Below are positions 10,870 through 22,300 of a DNA stretch of 64,000 bases, in pieces. The notes under the pieces are model-generated. The model did not search any database. It worked only from the letters and a program-made list of their open reading frames with translations, and was not told where the DNA came from. Every line of letters starts with the position of its first letter. Positions within the stretch are counted from its first letter, which is position 1. Made by a program: the position numbers and the translations under genes. This stretch comes from a phage, in the sequence record PZ402300.1. One strand, 5' to 3'.

Positions 10870-11313
10870 ATGGATTTGTCATTCTTAACAGGCAACCAAA
10901 CCCCACAGCCAGCTGCTATGTCTTGGATGTCTAATAACAATCAAAACTTTAATACCCCGGCTATGAACTATAATCCCGGTGCAGCTATTGGTATGGGTAC
11001 GAATTTTGGAGCATCTGCCCCTAATACTTTCATGTCTGGCTCGGCTAGTCAGTTAGGCATGAACATACCTACCTTCCAATTAGGACTGGGTGCACTTGGT
11101 TCATTAGCTAATATCTACAGTGGTTTCCAGGCTAATAAGTTAGCCAAAGACCAGTTGAACTTTGCTAAGAGTGTTACTAACACTAACCTGAATAATCAGA
11201 TTAAGTCTTATAACACTGCACTGGAAGACCGTGCTCGTAGCCGTGCTGTTGCAGAGAACCGTGACCAATCTACTGCTGATGCTTACATTGCAGCTAATAA
11301 ATTAACCCGTTAA
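10870..11313 (+). CDS. Hypothetical virion protein (N4 gp52 position)
   Basis: Track ORF 10849..11313; in-frame ATG 10870 follows AGGAG at 10857-10861. Confidence 0.4.
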   Translation: MDLSFLTGNQTPQPAAMSWMSNNNQNFNTPAMNYNPGAAIGMGTNFGASAPNTFMSGSASQLGMNIPTFQLGLGALGSLANIYSGFQANKLAKDQLNFAKSVTNTNLNNQIKSYNTALEDRARSRAVAENRDQSTADAYIAANKLTR

Positions 11314-11325
11314 TAGGAAACCATC

Positions 11326-13272
11326 ATGGCTCAAATTACATGGCGTAATGTTGATGCACCCAACTTCTCTGGAGTTGGTGACAGCATTCGCACATTTGGC
11401 AATATGATTGGTAACGCCACCTCCGGCTTAAGTGATGCACTGGGTAATTTCCAGAACGCTGCCAAGCAGGAGGCTGGCAATGCCGTCATGATGAATGCTA
11501 TGCAGTATCAAGACCCTACTGAGTATCGTAATGCTCTGGCATCCGGTGCATTATTTCAGGGGGTTGATCCTTCATTGGTAAGCCAGCGTACTCTACAGAA
11601 TCTGGATGAGCGAGCAGGTACTCTTCTGACTCAACAAGGTCAACAGGGAATCAATGACTACAATGCTTATCGTTTTGGTCGTTTACAGAATACTGACTCT
11701 GCATTAGATAATGCATCTCCAGCTATTCGTTTACTGTCTGAGGCTTATCAGTCTGGTGACCAGAACCGTATTAATGCTGCATTGAGTCAGACTCGTGAGG
11801 CACTGTCTGCACTTCCTGCTGACCAACAACTGGATATGTTGAGTCGTCTGCAAGGTCAGGGTGGTCAGGCCATTAACCAAGCACAGAACCGTTTTGATTT
11901 GGGTGTGGCTCAGCGTAATGATGCTGATTCACAAGCTGCATCCGGTATATTGACAGATATTTTCCGCAGTGCTTCTACGCCTATGGATGCTCTTACACTG
12001 GCAGAATCTGCCATGAAGAATGCTTCTCCTGGTGTACGTGCTGCAATTATGCGAGGTGTGAACCAGAGATTCCCAGGTACTTATGCCACGTCTGCTTCTG
12101 GCTCTGCTCCTGGTACTGCCGGTACTCGTTCTGGTTCTCCTTATGATGTAACCTACACTTTTGCTGCTACTGATAAGCCCATTACCGAGATGACTCTCGG
12201 TGAGGTTACTAATCATCAACAAACTATGATTAATAACCCATCGCAAGGTCATTCTCCTGTAGGTGCATTCCAGATTAATAAAGCCACTCTGGAAGACTAT
12301 GCTCCTAAGGTGCTTGGTTCAGATTGGCGTAATCAGCAAATGACTCCTGAAGTACAGGACAAAATAGCTGAAGCAATCTTCAATGACCGTAAGAGTGGTA
12401 ACCTTTCTAAGACTTGGGCTGCATTGCCTGACCTGGGTGTAGGTGGTTATAAGGATATGCCTTGGAGTGAAGCACGTCAGTTAATTGCACAGGCAGAAGT
12501 AGGTGCATCCCTTGAACAGTTACAGACCCAGCAAGTAGTCTCAAACATGGCAGGCAATACAGTTGCTGCTCGTCAGTCTGAAGATAATACTGGAACCATT
12601 ACTGCTAACTATGCTCGTGCATTACGTGATAACTCTACCATTGGTGAAGTAGCAGACCGTCTTCTTAAGGATGCTTTTAAAGGTTCTGAGAAAGGATGGA
12701 TGATTGCTCGATTGAATGATGTTATGCAGGAATCTGGGCAGTCTCCTGCTGTAGCTGCTGAGATTCTTAAGCAGTCTACTACTAACGTACCGGAAAGAAT
12801 GATTAGTCGGGCACTTGATGCACTTAACCCGTTCATCTCCAATGAAGGTGGTAATGGTATTCGTATTGATGATACCGTTGCCAGAGAACTAGCACGTTCA
12901 GTACGACGTGGGGAAGGTATTGAAGCTACTGCTCGTGATAATGTTCTTACTCAGGTACAGGGTAATATTGCTAATGCCCAGAACCAGGTAAACCAAGCAG
13001 AAGCTTTGCTTGCTGATACCCGTCGTCGTGTAGCTGCTGGACAAAGTGGACTTGCTGCTACTATCCCTGCTCGTGAAGCTGAGTTAGCAAGAGCACGTGC
13101 TGCACTGGATGCTGCTGTTAATACTGTGGTAGCTAACCAGGGAAATCTGGTTCCACAGAACTTCCGTTCTAATGCTTCAGTAGAACGTGAGCGTAGTCGT
13201 GAAGATGAAGAACGAGCTAAACGTTATCGAAAATTGGCAGAGGGTTTACCTCCCTATATGCAACCTCGATAA
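11326..13272 (+). CDS. Virion protein with a lytic-transglycosylase-like motif (N4 gp51 position)
   Basis: 648 aa; segment TEMTLGEV…GHSPVGAFQINKATLEDY resembles the E…G(L/A)(M/F)Q core of lytic transglycosylases. Confidence 0.45.
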   Translation: MAQITWRNVDAPNFSGVGDSIRTFGNMIGNATSGLSDALGNFQNAAKQEAGNAVMMNAMQYQDPTEYRNALASGALFQGVDPSLVSQRTLQNLDERAGTLLTQQGQQGINDYNAYRFGRLQNTDSALDNASPAIRLLSEAYQSGDQNRINAALSQTREALSALPADQQLDMLSRLQGQGGQAINQAQNRFDLGVAQRNDADSQAASGILTDIFRSASTPMDALTLAESAMKNASPGVRAAIMRGVNQRFPGTYATSASGSAPGTAGTRSGSPYDVTYTFAATDKPITEMTLGEVTNHQQTMINNPSQGHSPVGAFQINKATLEDYAPKVLGSDWRNQQMTPEVQDKIAEAIFNDRKSGNLSKTWAALPDLGVGGYKDMPWSEARQLIAQAEVGASLEQLQTQQVVSNMAGNTVAARQSEDNTGTITANYARALRDNSTIGEVADRLLKDAFKGSEKGWMIARLNDVMQESGQSPAVAAEILKQSTTNVPERMISRALDALNPFISNEGGNGIRIDDTVARELARSVRRGEGIEATARDNVLTQVQGNIANAQNQVNQAEALLADTRRRVAAGQSGLAATIPAREAELARARAALDAAVNTVVANQGNLVPQNFRSNASVERERSREDEERAKRYRKLAEGLPPYMQPR

Positions 13273-13287
13273 AATCTTACATACTAA

Positions 13288-13314
13288 TAAAGCCCCATCC
13301 GGGGCTTTTCTCTT
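13288..13314 (+). terminator. Rho-independent terminator immediately upstream of the vRNAP gene
   Basis: AGCCCC-ATCC-GGGGCT hairpin followed by TTTCTCTT. Confidence 0.5.
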
Positions 13315-13375
13315 ACATTCACTTACTGTACAGTGAATCTTCTTATACGATATAAGTTTGAACAGGAATCATGCT

Positions 13376-16300
13376 ATGTCAACATTTGACCGTCTGGCAG
13401 GTTTCGCAGACAGCATCACTACTGCTAAGCAAGTCGATGTCTCTACTGCAACCTCTCGGAAACAAGCTGAACAAGGGCAAAGCCCTTTCCAACTAACCCC
13501 ACAGAACGCTTACCAATTACAGGCAGGTCGTGCTGGTGACTTAGGTGCTGGTGCATTTGACCCAGGTTCTATTCAGGCAGATTTTACTAATGCCTCCCCC
13601 CTTGAAATCGTAAACAAATATGGCAATGAGCAGGGAATGGACATTCTCAATGCTCGTGTCAATGCAGCTAATGCTGTTCGTCGTGATTTAACTAAGAGTC
13701 GTACATATGGTGAAGCACTTGGTGATACCCTTTTTGGTGTTGGTCTTGGTGTTGCTAATACCCTTGGGGGCATTGCTGCTCTTGGCACAGGTTTGGTCAA
13801 TGATAATGCCGGGGCATCCATTGCTTCCGGTCTTGACTGGTTAAACAAAGGTGTACACAACCTACAGTCTGATGCACTGAATGCTCGTCGTAATGTAGTA
13901 CAGAACCAGAACGTAATATCTGCACAGGAAAATGAGAAACTCTATAAGCAGGATGTTGCTAAAGGGGAAAGTGAACTCGTTGCTTCTCTGTCTCGCATTG
14001 GTCGTGATGCTTACGATTCCGTTGCTAACACTTTATCCAATGGTATGGCTGCTACAGATGGTCTGGCTGAGGGTGTTGGTTCTCTGTTTACAGGTGGTCC
14101 ATTAATTCGTGGTGTATCTGCACTTGGTAAAGTAATGGTAGGTGGGGATAAAGCTGTTAAGGGTATTACCTTAGCTGCTGAATTAGGTTCACGTCCTGCA
14201 CGTACTGCATTAGCTACTGGTCGTGTTGCTGCACCTGCTATGGCAATTGGTGGTATGGAAGCTGGTGGTGCATACCAACAGACTGCTAATGAAATTATGG
14301 AAATGCCATTCAGTGAACTGGCTGCTAAATCTTCTGTATACCAACAGCATATTAAAGACGGTCTGCCTCCTGAAGAAGCTCGTCGTCAGACTGCATCTGA
14401 AACGGGTATTACTGCTGCTGGTTTAACTGCTCCGATTGCTGCTCTTACTGGCCCATTAGTATCCAAGTTTGAACTTAACCCACTTAAGGTAGGTTCACTG
14501 GCTGGTGCTGGTTCTAATATGCTACGTGAGACTGTAGAAGAAGGTATTCAGTCTGGTACAAGTCAGTTTGCACAGAACAAGGCAATTCAGGGTAATGTAG
14601 ATGCTAATCGTGACCTGCTTAAAGGTGTTGGTGAACAAACCGGGCTTGGTGCATTGTATGGCTTTGGCTCTGCTGGAGTTGCTCAAGCTCCTGGTGCAAC
14701 TGTTAAGGCTGCTGGTGCTGCCGTTGGTCCTGCTGTACGTACTACCCTGGCTGGTGCTTCTCTGGCTGGTAAGGCACTAGCAAAAGTAGCTTCTCCTATT
14801 ACTAACATCCTGGTTCAACGTGGAGAAGAAGTAGCTAAACGTAACGAACAAGCATCCCCTGTATCAGACGCTACAGTTAATGCTGCTGCACAAGAAGCTA
14901 CTGCTCAGGCAGAACAAGCGCAAGCAACTGTACAGGAAGCAGTAGATGCAATGGACATTTCTCCAGAAGAGAAAGCTGCTGCTACCCAATATGCTGCTGA
15001 CTTAACTCAGGTAATGAAGTTTGACCCAGTAGAACTGGAACAAGCTAGTCCTGCAATCCGTGAAGCTGTTTCTGGTTCCACTAACCGTGTTGAAGCTATT
15101 CAGAAGATGGCTGACTTGGTTAATACTGCTGAAGACCCTAATGTTCAAATGGAAGCTGCAATCCAGATGTATGACAACATCATGTCTATGGATAGCTTCA
15201 TTAACCGTGACCCGGGTGCATTAGCTAATCTGGAACAAGGTTCTCCTGCTGCTAATATTGTTGACCAGTTCTCTGGTCTGATGGCTAACGTTCAGAATAC
15301 ACCAAAGGTACTTCGTGCATTCCGTGCTATTCATTCTATGATTCAGGAACAGGCTGAAGCAGGTAAACTGAAAGCTACTGAGGAAGCCAATCAAGCTCAG
15401 GCAAACAATATTGCTATGGCTGCTGATATGTCTCCAGAAGTACTGGATGCAGATTCAGTGAACATGGTTCTGAAACATGCAAGTGAAGGTAAGATTACAC
15501 TGGGGAATCGTCAGCGTGCTGCCCTGCAATCTGCTGCTGCTCTATTGCAAGGAGCACGAGAATTTGACGCTAAAGCAGAAGAACTAGGCTTACGTCCTCA
15601 AGACATTGTTAGTAAACAGATTAAAACCGACGAATCTCGTTCTAATGAAGGCCAGTACTCTGCGTTGCAACATGCTAAACGCATTCGTTCTGCGTACAAC
15701 TCTGGTAACTTCGATTTGGCTTCCGCTTATCTCGACGACTTTATGAAGTTCGCCCAGCACATGCAGAATAAGGTCGGAGCGTTGAATGAGCATCTGATTT
15801 CTGGGAATGCGGATAAAAATAAGTCTGTTCATTATCAGGCTCTTACTCCCTCGCGTGAATGGGTACGTAGTCGTACTGGCCTCGGTGTCAATCCGTATGA
15901 TACCAAGTCGGTTAAGTTTGCCCAGCAAGTAGGACTGGAGGCCAAGACCGTAGCTGATATTGCTAACGCACTTGCTACGGCTTACCCGGAGCTTAATGTT
16001 TCTCATGTGAAAGTTACCCCATTGGATTCACGTCTGGACAAACCTGCTGCCCAGGTAGTTAAAGAGTTCCGTCAGGGCAATCTTGATGCTGCTCAATCCC
16101 AACAGACCAATGAACCAGTGAATCAGGTTGATGAAACTCCTGTTACGAAACAGGAACCAGTTACCCCTACTGTACAGACTAAACCCTCTGTTAGTGAAGC
16201 TGTTAAAACAGAATCCACTATTAAAGAGTCTAAACCACAGTCTGTAAAAGAACCTGAGAACCAGTCTGAAAAACAGGATGTTACCCTCACTAATGAGGAT

Positions 16301-19300
16301 ACCACTCAGGAAGTGGCTGAAACTAAAACAGAAATGGAAACAGTGTTCCCTGTCTATAACAATGAAAAGACACCGAACCAGTTCATTAAAGCATTTTCTC
16401 TACCAGAAGAACCTAAGTCTCGTACCATTGGTTCTGAGTCTCCTCTGACCGATGTTAAGAAAGCACTGTCTTCTGCTGCTCGTTTCGAAGCATTCACTCA
16501 AAAAGAAAATAACGCCCTCACAAGTGATGTGATTAAGCGTTATCAGGACTTATTTGATTTTGGTGAAATTCTGAAGACTACCCTGTCTGACCGTCTGGCT
16601 AAGTTCCTTGCTAATAAGAATGTTGGTAAACGTTTTGCAGAAGGTACTGAGGCTAACCGTTGGGTAGGTGGTAAGTTACTTAACATCGTAGAAAAAGATG
16701 GTGACACCTTTAAGTTCAATGACCAGTTGTTAGAGACTGCTGTACTTGCTGGTCTGCAATGGCGATTAACTGCTACACAGAATGCTGCTGTTAAAGACAT
16801 GAAAGACGTAGCTGCTATTACTGGTGTAGAAGCATCTCTGCTACCAGAAGGCATTTTGGCTGATTTCGAAAATGCTCAGACATTGGTTGAAGCTACTAAC
16901 TCACTGGCTCAAAAGATTGAATCTTATTGGGGACTTAACCGTAATGCTGATGCACCACTTGGTTATACCAAGGGTATCCCAGTGGCAATGGCTACAGAGA
17001 TTCTATCTTCTTTTATTGAGATGGGTGTAGTTAAAGAGTCTATGCTGGATGTGTCTGAGATTGACCCAGAATCTAAAAAGACTGTTGGTCTGTATACCAT
17101 TGATAAGTTAGAGGATAATGATGCCATTAATAATTTCCCTACTGCTATTGAGGAAGCTGTCCTTGTAGAACCAGCAGAGAAACTGTACCTAGGTGATGAT
17201 ATTCCTTCCGTGGCTCCTACTCAGTTACGTAACCCTGCTGTCCGTAATACTCCAGAACAGAAAGCTGCTCTTAAAGCAGAACAGGCTACTGAGTTCTTTG
17301 TACATACTCCAATGGTTCAGTTCTATGAGGCGTTAGGTAAAGACCGTATCCTCGAACTGATGGGTGCAGGTACTCTGGATAAAGATTTACTTAATAAGAA
17401 CCATGCTAAATCTTTGGAAGGCAAGAATCGTTCAGTAGAGGATTCTTATAACCAATTGTTCTCTGTTATTGAACAGGTAAGAGCACAGAGTGAAGACATT
17501 TCCACTGTGCCTATTCACTATGCATACAATATGACTCGTGTTGGTCGTATGCAGATGTTAGGTAAATATACCCCCCAATCAGCTAAGCTGGTTCGTGAGG
17601 CTATTTTACCTACCAAAGCTACTCTGGATTTATCGAACCAGAACAACGAAGATTTCTCTGGCTTCCAGCTTGGACTGGCTCAGGCATTAGGTATCAAAGT
17701 TCATAAAATGACTCGTGAAACTATGTCAGAGGAACTTACCAAAGCTCTGGAAGGTAAGCTGAAACCTGCTGTAGATATGATGGTTGAGTTTGATAAGTCT
17801 GGATACTTACCTACTGATGCAGTGGATATCTTAAGAACATCTCTGGGTAATGATAAATCCTTTGTGGCTCTCATGGCTCTTATGGAATATGCCCGTTACC
17901 TTAACAGTGATGACCGTGCCAACTTTAATACTCCTTTGTACGTTGAAGCCGATGGGGTAACCAACGGACCAATCAACGCAATGGTATTAATGACTGGTGG
18001 TAAGTTCACTCCAAACTGGATTAAGAATACTGCCAAAGGTGGTTTGTTCTTTGGTAAAGCTGGTAAGACTATGAATGAGCATCATACGCAGGATGACAGT
18101 GTTGACCTGTATGAAGCATCTACAAATAGTCTGCAATTCTATCTGAATGAATTACGTAATACTTACAGTAAAAATATTCCAGTTATAAACCAGATGGACC
18201 ATCTCCAGAAGTTAATGAACTTGTTCATTAAAGACTTCAATCTTAAGGAAGACGGTACTCTGGACCTGAAGCGTGGTATCGCTAAAAACCCACTTACCAT
18301 TACCATCTATGGTTCTGGTGCTCGTGGTATTGCAGGCAAGATGGTAAGTGCAATTACTGATACCATCTATGAACGCTTAAGCGACGTTCTGAAAGCCCGT
18401 GCTGTTGACCCTAACATTCCCCCAGCTATGGCGATGTTTGGTAAGGAGGCTGCGTCTGAGGCTGATGCTCAGGCTATGCTGGATACCTTCCTTACTTCTA
18501 TGAAAGCGTTGACTGGGAATATTCCAGCTAAGCGTAAAGGTAAGTTATTCATTAAGGAAGTAGACGGTGTTCTGACTGGTAAGTTAGACCCCCAGGAGTT
18601 TACTGTATCTGGTAATGCTCTTAAGAACTTACAAGAGAATATGCTGCATTTCTTTGTTGAGCCAATGAGGCAAAGTATCCGGTTCACTGTTGGTGAGGGG
18701 TTGATGCACTCTACTGAGAATTTGCAGAAAGCTACCCAGATTCAATCTCTGGTATTGCAGGATATGTTCCAACAAGCAGTACAGGCTAAGCTGGCAGAAA
18801 AAGAAAAAGACCCAACATGGAAGAAGGGTGATTTCTTAACGCAGAAAGAATTGAATGAAATCCAGAATAGCTTAGCTCCACTGGCTCCAATGATTAAGAC
18901 TGGTTCCCAGACTTTCTACATTGCTGGAAGTGAGAATACTGACGTTGCTAACCAAGTATTGGCTACCAACTTAGATGACCGTATGCGTGTGCCAATGAGT
19001 ATCTATGCTCCTTCGCAGGCAGGTGTTGCAGGTATTCCCTTTATGACCATCGGTACTGGTGATGGCATGATGATGCAGACCCTTTCTACTATGAAAGGTG
19101 CTCCGAAGAATACCCTGAAAATCTTTGATGGTATGAACATTGGTATCAATGACATTACTGATGCAAGTCGTAAAGCTAATGAGGCTGTATATACTTCCTG
19201 GCAGGGTAATCCTATTAAGAATGTATATGAGTCTTTCTCTAAGTTTGTTAAGAATGTTGATTTAAATAAGCTGTCCGATTCAGCAATAGATGCTATTGCA

Positions 19301-22300
19301 AAGTCTGCTTTAGACTTTGAGCAACGTGCTCATATTGCCAGGGTAGATGGTGATAGAGATTATAAAATTTCTATGATTAGAGATTCTGGTATTGCATTAA
19401 TTGAGCGTAACCTACGTAACATTGCTTTGGGTGTAGATATTCGTCACAAGGTAATGGACCAGGTACAGGTCACTGTTGACCAGATGGCTGCTGTTGGTGC
19501 TCCTTATGTGAACAACGGTAAAATCTCTCTGGAAGGTCTGACTATAGACCAGCAAGTAGCCAAGCTGAACGAACTGTTTGATGCTGAATTAAACAAGCGT
19601 CGTGATGCAGTACGTGCTGCTAAAGCGGAACCAACGAAGGCAGAACCAGTGAAGGAAGTGCCGGTGAAAGTTGTACCAGCTATGGAGAAGGTAGGTCGTG
19701 TACTGAAGTCTGGTGTACGCCTGTTGTCTAATGCTGCTATTACTAAGCTGGCTAAAGAGATGTCTCCTGAACAGCAAGCAGTATTGAAAGAAATACAGAA
19801 ATCTCTTGCTGCTAAAGACTACAAGGTTGTTTACGGTACACCTTCTCAACTGGATGCCTACGCTATTGAGAAGAACATTACTCGCCCAGCACCAGAAGAT
19901 ATTGAAGCTGCTGAAGCAGGTAATGCATATGGCTGGACTAACTTTGAAGATAAGACCATCTACTTAGTTACCCCTTCCTTAGAGACTTTGGTTCATGAAT
20001 TAGTACATGCTTCTACTTTTGAATCTGTACTGGCTCACTACGAAGGCACCCCTAATGAAGCTGTCCAGAACATTGAAGACCTGATGAACCAGTTCCGTGC
20101 TTTGGATGTTAAGGATGAATCCCCGGTAGTACGTGAAGCATATGCCGATGCACTGAATACCATTAATGGTCATTTGTCTAATGGCTTTATTGAACCAGCA
20201 ATGGCTAAAGCTGCTGCACTGAATGAGTACATGGCTTGGGGTTTAACCAACCGTGAACTTATTAGTAAGCAGAAGAAAACCACTGCACTTAAGACTATGG
20301 TTCAGGCTGTATATGAAGCAATCAAACGTTTGGTATTCGGACGTAAGAAAGCTCCAGCTAATGCAGATGATATGTTCTCGGGCTTATTGTTTAACTCTGC
20401 TGTAGTTATGCGTGGGCAGGCTCCTACTGCTGCTGTAGCCAAAGACACTACCCTGTTCCATAACAAAGCATATGGTGACAATACTCGTCTGGAAGAGTTA
20501 GGGAAAACCTTCGATAAGTTGATTACTGACTACATTGGTTCAGAACCAGTACAGCAAGTAATTCGTAAAGGTAAGTTTTCCGATGCAGTAGTGAATGCAA
20601 CTAAAGTAACTCGTGATGTTCAGGCTCATGGCTTCACCATGAATATGCAGGAACAGCGTCTCTTTACTAACATTGTTGCTGCTCTCGCTACCGAGGCTGC
20701 TATTAACCCTGCTGCTCTGGCTCGTGCACAGGAATACTACACGCATGTTACTAAGAATCTGACTGTTGAAGCATTTATGTCTGACCCTGATAGTACTAAC
20801 CCTGCTGACCGTTACTATGCACAGCAGAAGTTCGATACCATCATGGGTGCTAACAACATTGAGTTTGATGCACAAGGTCGTTCTTCCTTACTGCCTACCT
20901 TTGTTGGTCTGGCAATGGTAAGCGAAGAGGTACGTAAGGTACTGGCTTATATTCCTGTTATGAAAGCAGATAAGAAATCAGGCAATACCGTTGATGCAAT
21001 GCTGACTAATATCGGTACTGCTGCAATGGCTAGTTTGAATGCTCGTGTAGCAGGCGATACTAAAGCCACTAACGTACAAGAAGGTATGGATGCACTGGCT
21101 CAGACAATCATGCAGACCAGCCTTAATGCAGAGTCCTTCTATGATTCCGTTGCTACTCCTACCGGTAATGCTATTGACCGTGCTAACCAGTATCTGGTGG
21201 ATTCTATTGATGTACTGTCTACCCGTGCTTTAGAAGGTGCTCGTGAAGTTGCAGCTAATACCAAGAACCCATTGGTTAAAGGTGCTGCTCATGCTGCACA
21301 ACTGGTAGCTGCTATTGCTACAGAGAAGAATGGTTCAATCGTAGCTGAGGGTGTTATGGCTGCAATGAACCAAGGTAAAGTATGGCAACCTTTCCATGAC
21401 CTGGTTAATGACATAATCGGTCGTACTAAGAGCAATGCTTCTGTATACGATTTGATTAAAGCAGTACGTGCACAGGTACAAGCTGACCGTCAACAGTTCC
21501 GTGAACACCTACCTACCACTATCGCATCCAAATTCAGCCGTAAGCTGACTAATGATGAGTGGAAAGCAATGCATACCGGTATGGGTAAAACTGACTTAGC
21601 TGTTCTGCGTGACACTATGTCTCTGGCTGAAATCCGTGACCTACTGACTGACCAAAAGATTGTTGACCGTGAGGTTAATAAACTGGAAGCAGATTTGCAG
21701 AAACAAGCAGGACGTAACTGGCCTCTGATTAATCGTAAATCTAAGCAACTGGCTCAGTACATGATTAATGGTACAGTCGGTAATAACCTGCTGCGTAATG
21801 CTACTGCAATTTCACGTTTGCTGGGTGAACGTAAGACTACACGTTCTGTTGTAGATGTAGCTCAGCTGGATAAACTGATTACTTTATATGCACTGGAAGC
21901 AATGAATAAGACTGACCGTGAGATGTTATCTTCACTGGCTCAGACAGAAATTGAAGGTATGGACTTTGCTACATCTTACCTGGTTGGCCAGCGTAAAGAT
22001 GAAATGGCTAAAGTCAAGTCTGATAGTCGTGCAACTCTGAACCAGTACAAAGGGTATATTCCTGGTGAGACTAAACAGGGTGTTAACCTGATTGTTGCTG
22101 AAGATAGTCAGTTTGTTGATTTGATTGAGAAATCCTATGTACGTCTGGGGACTTATCAAGGTAGCTCTGCTAATCGTGGTCCAGCACGTAGTTACTACTT
22201 TGCACCAGTACAGGCACAGGCTCCATTCTCACAGGGTATCCTACAGAACGTTCGCAATACTGCTGGTGGTGTAGACCTCGGCACAGGCTTTACGATGGGA

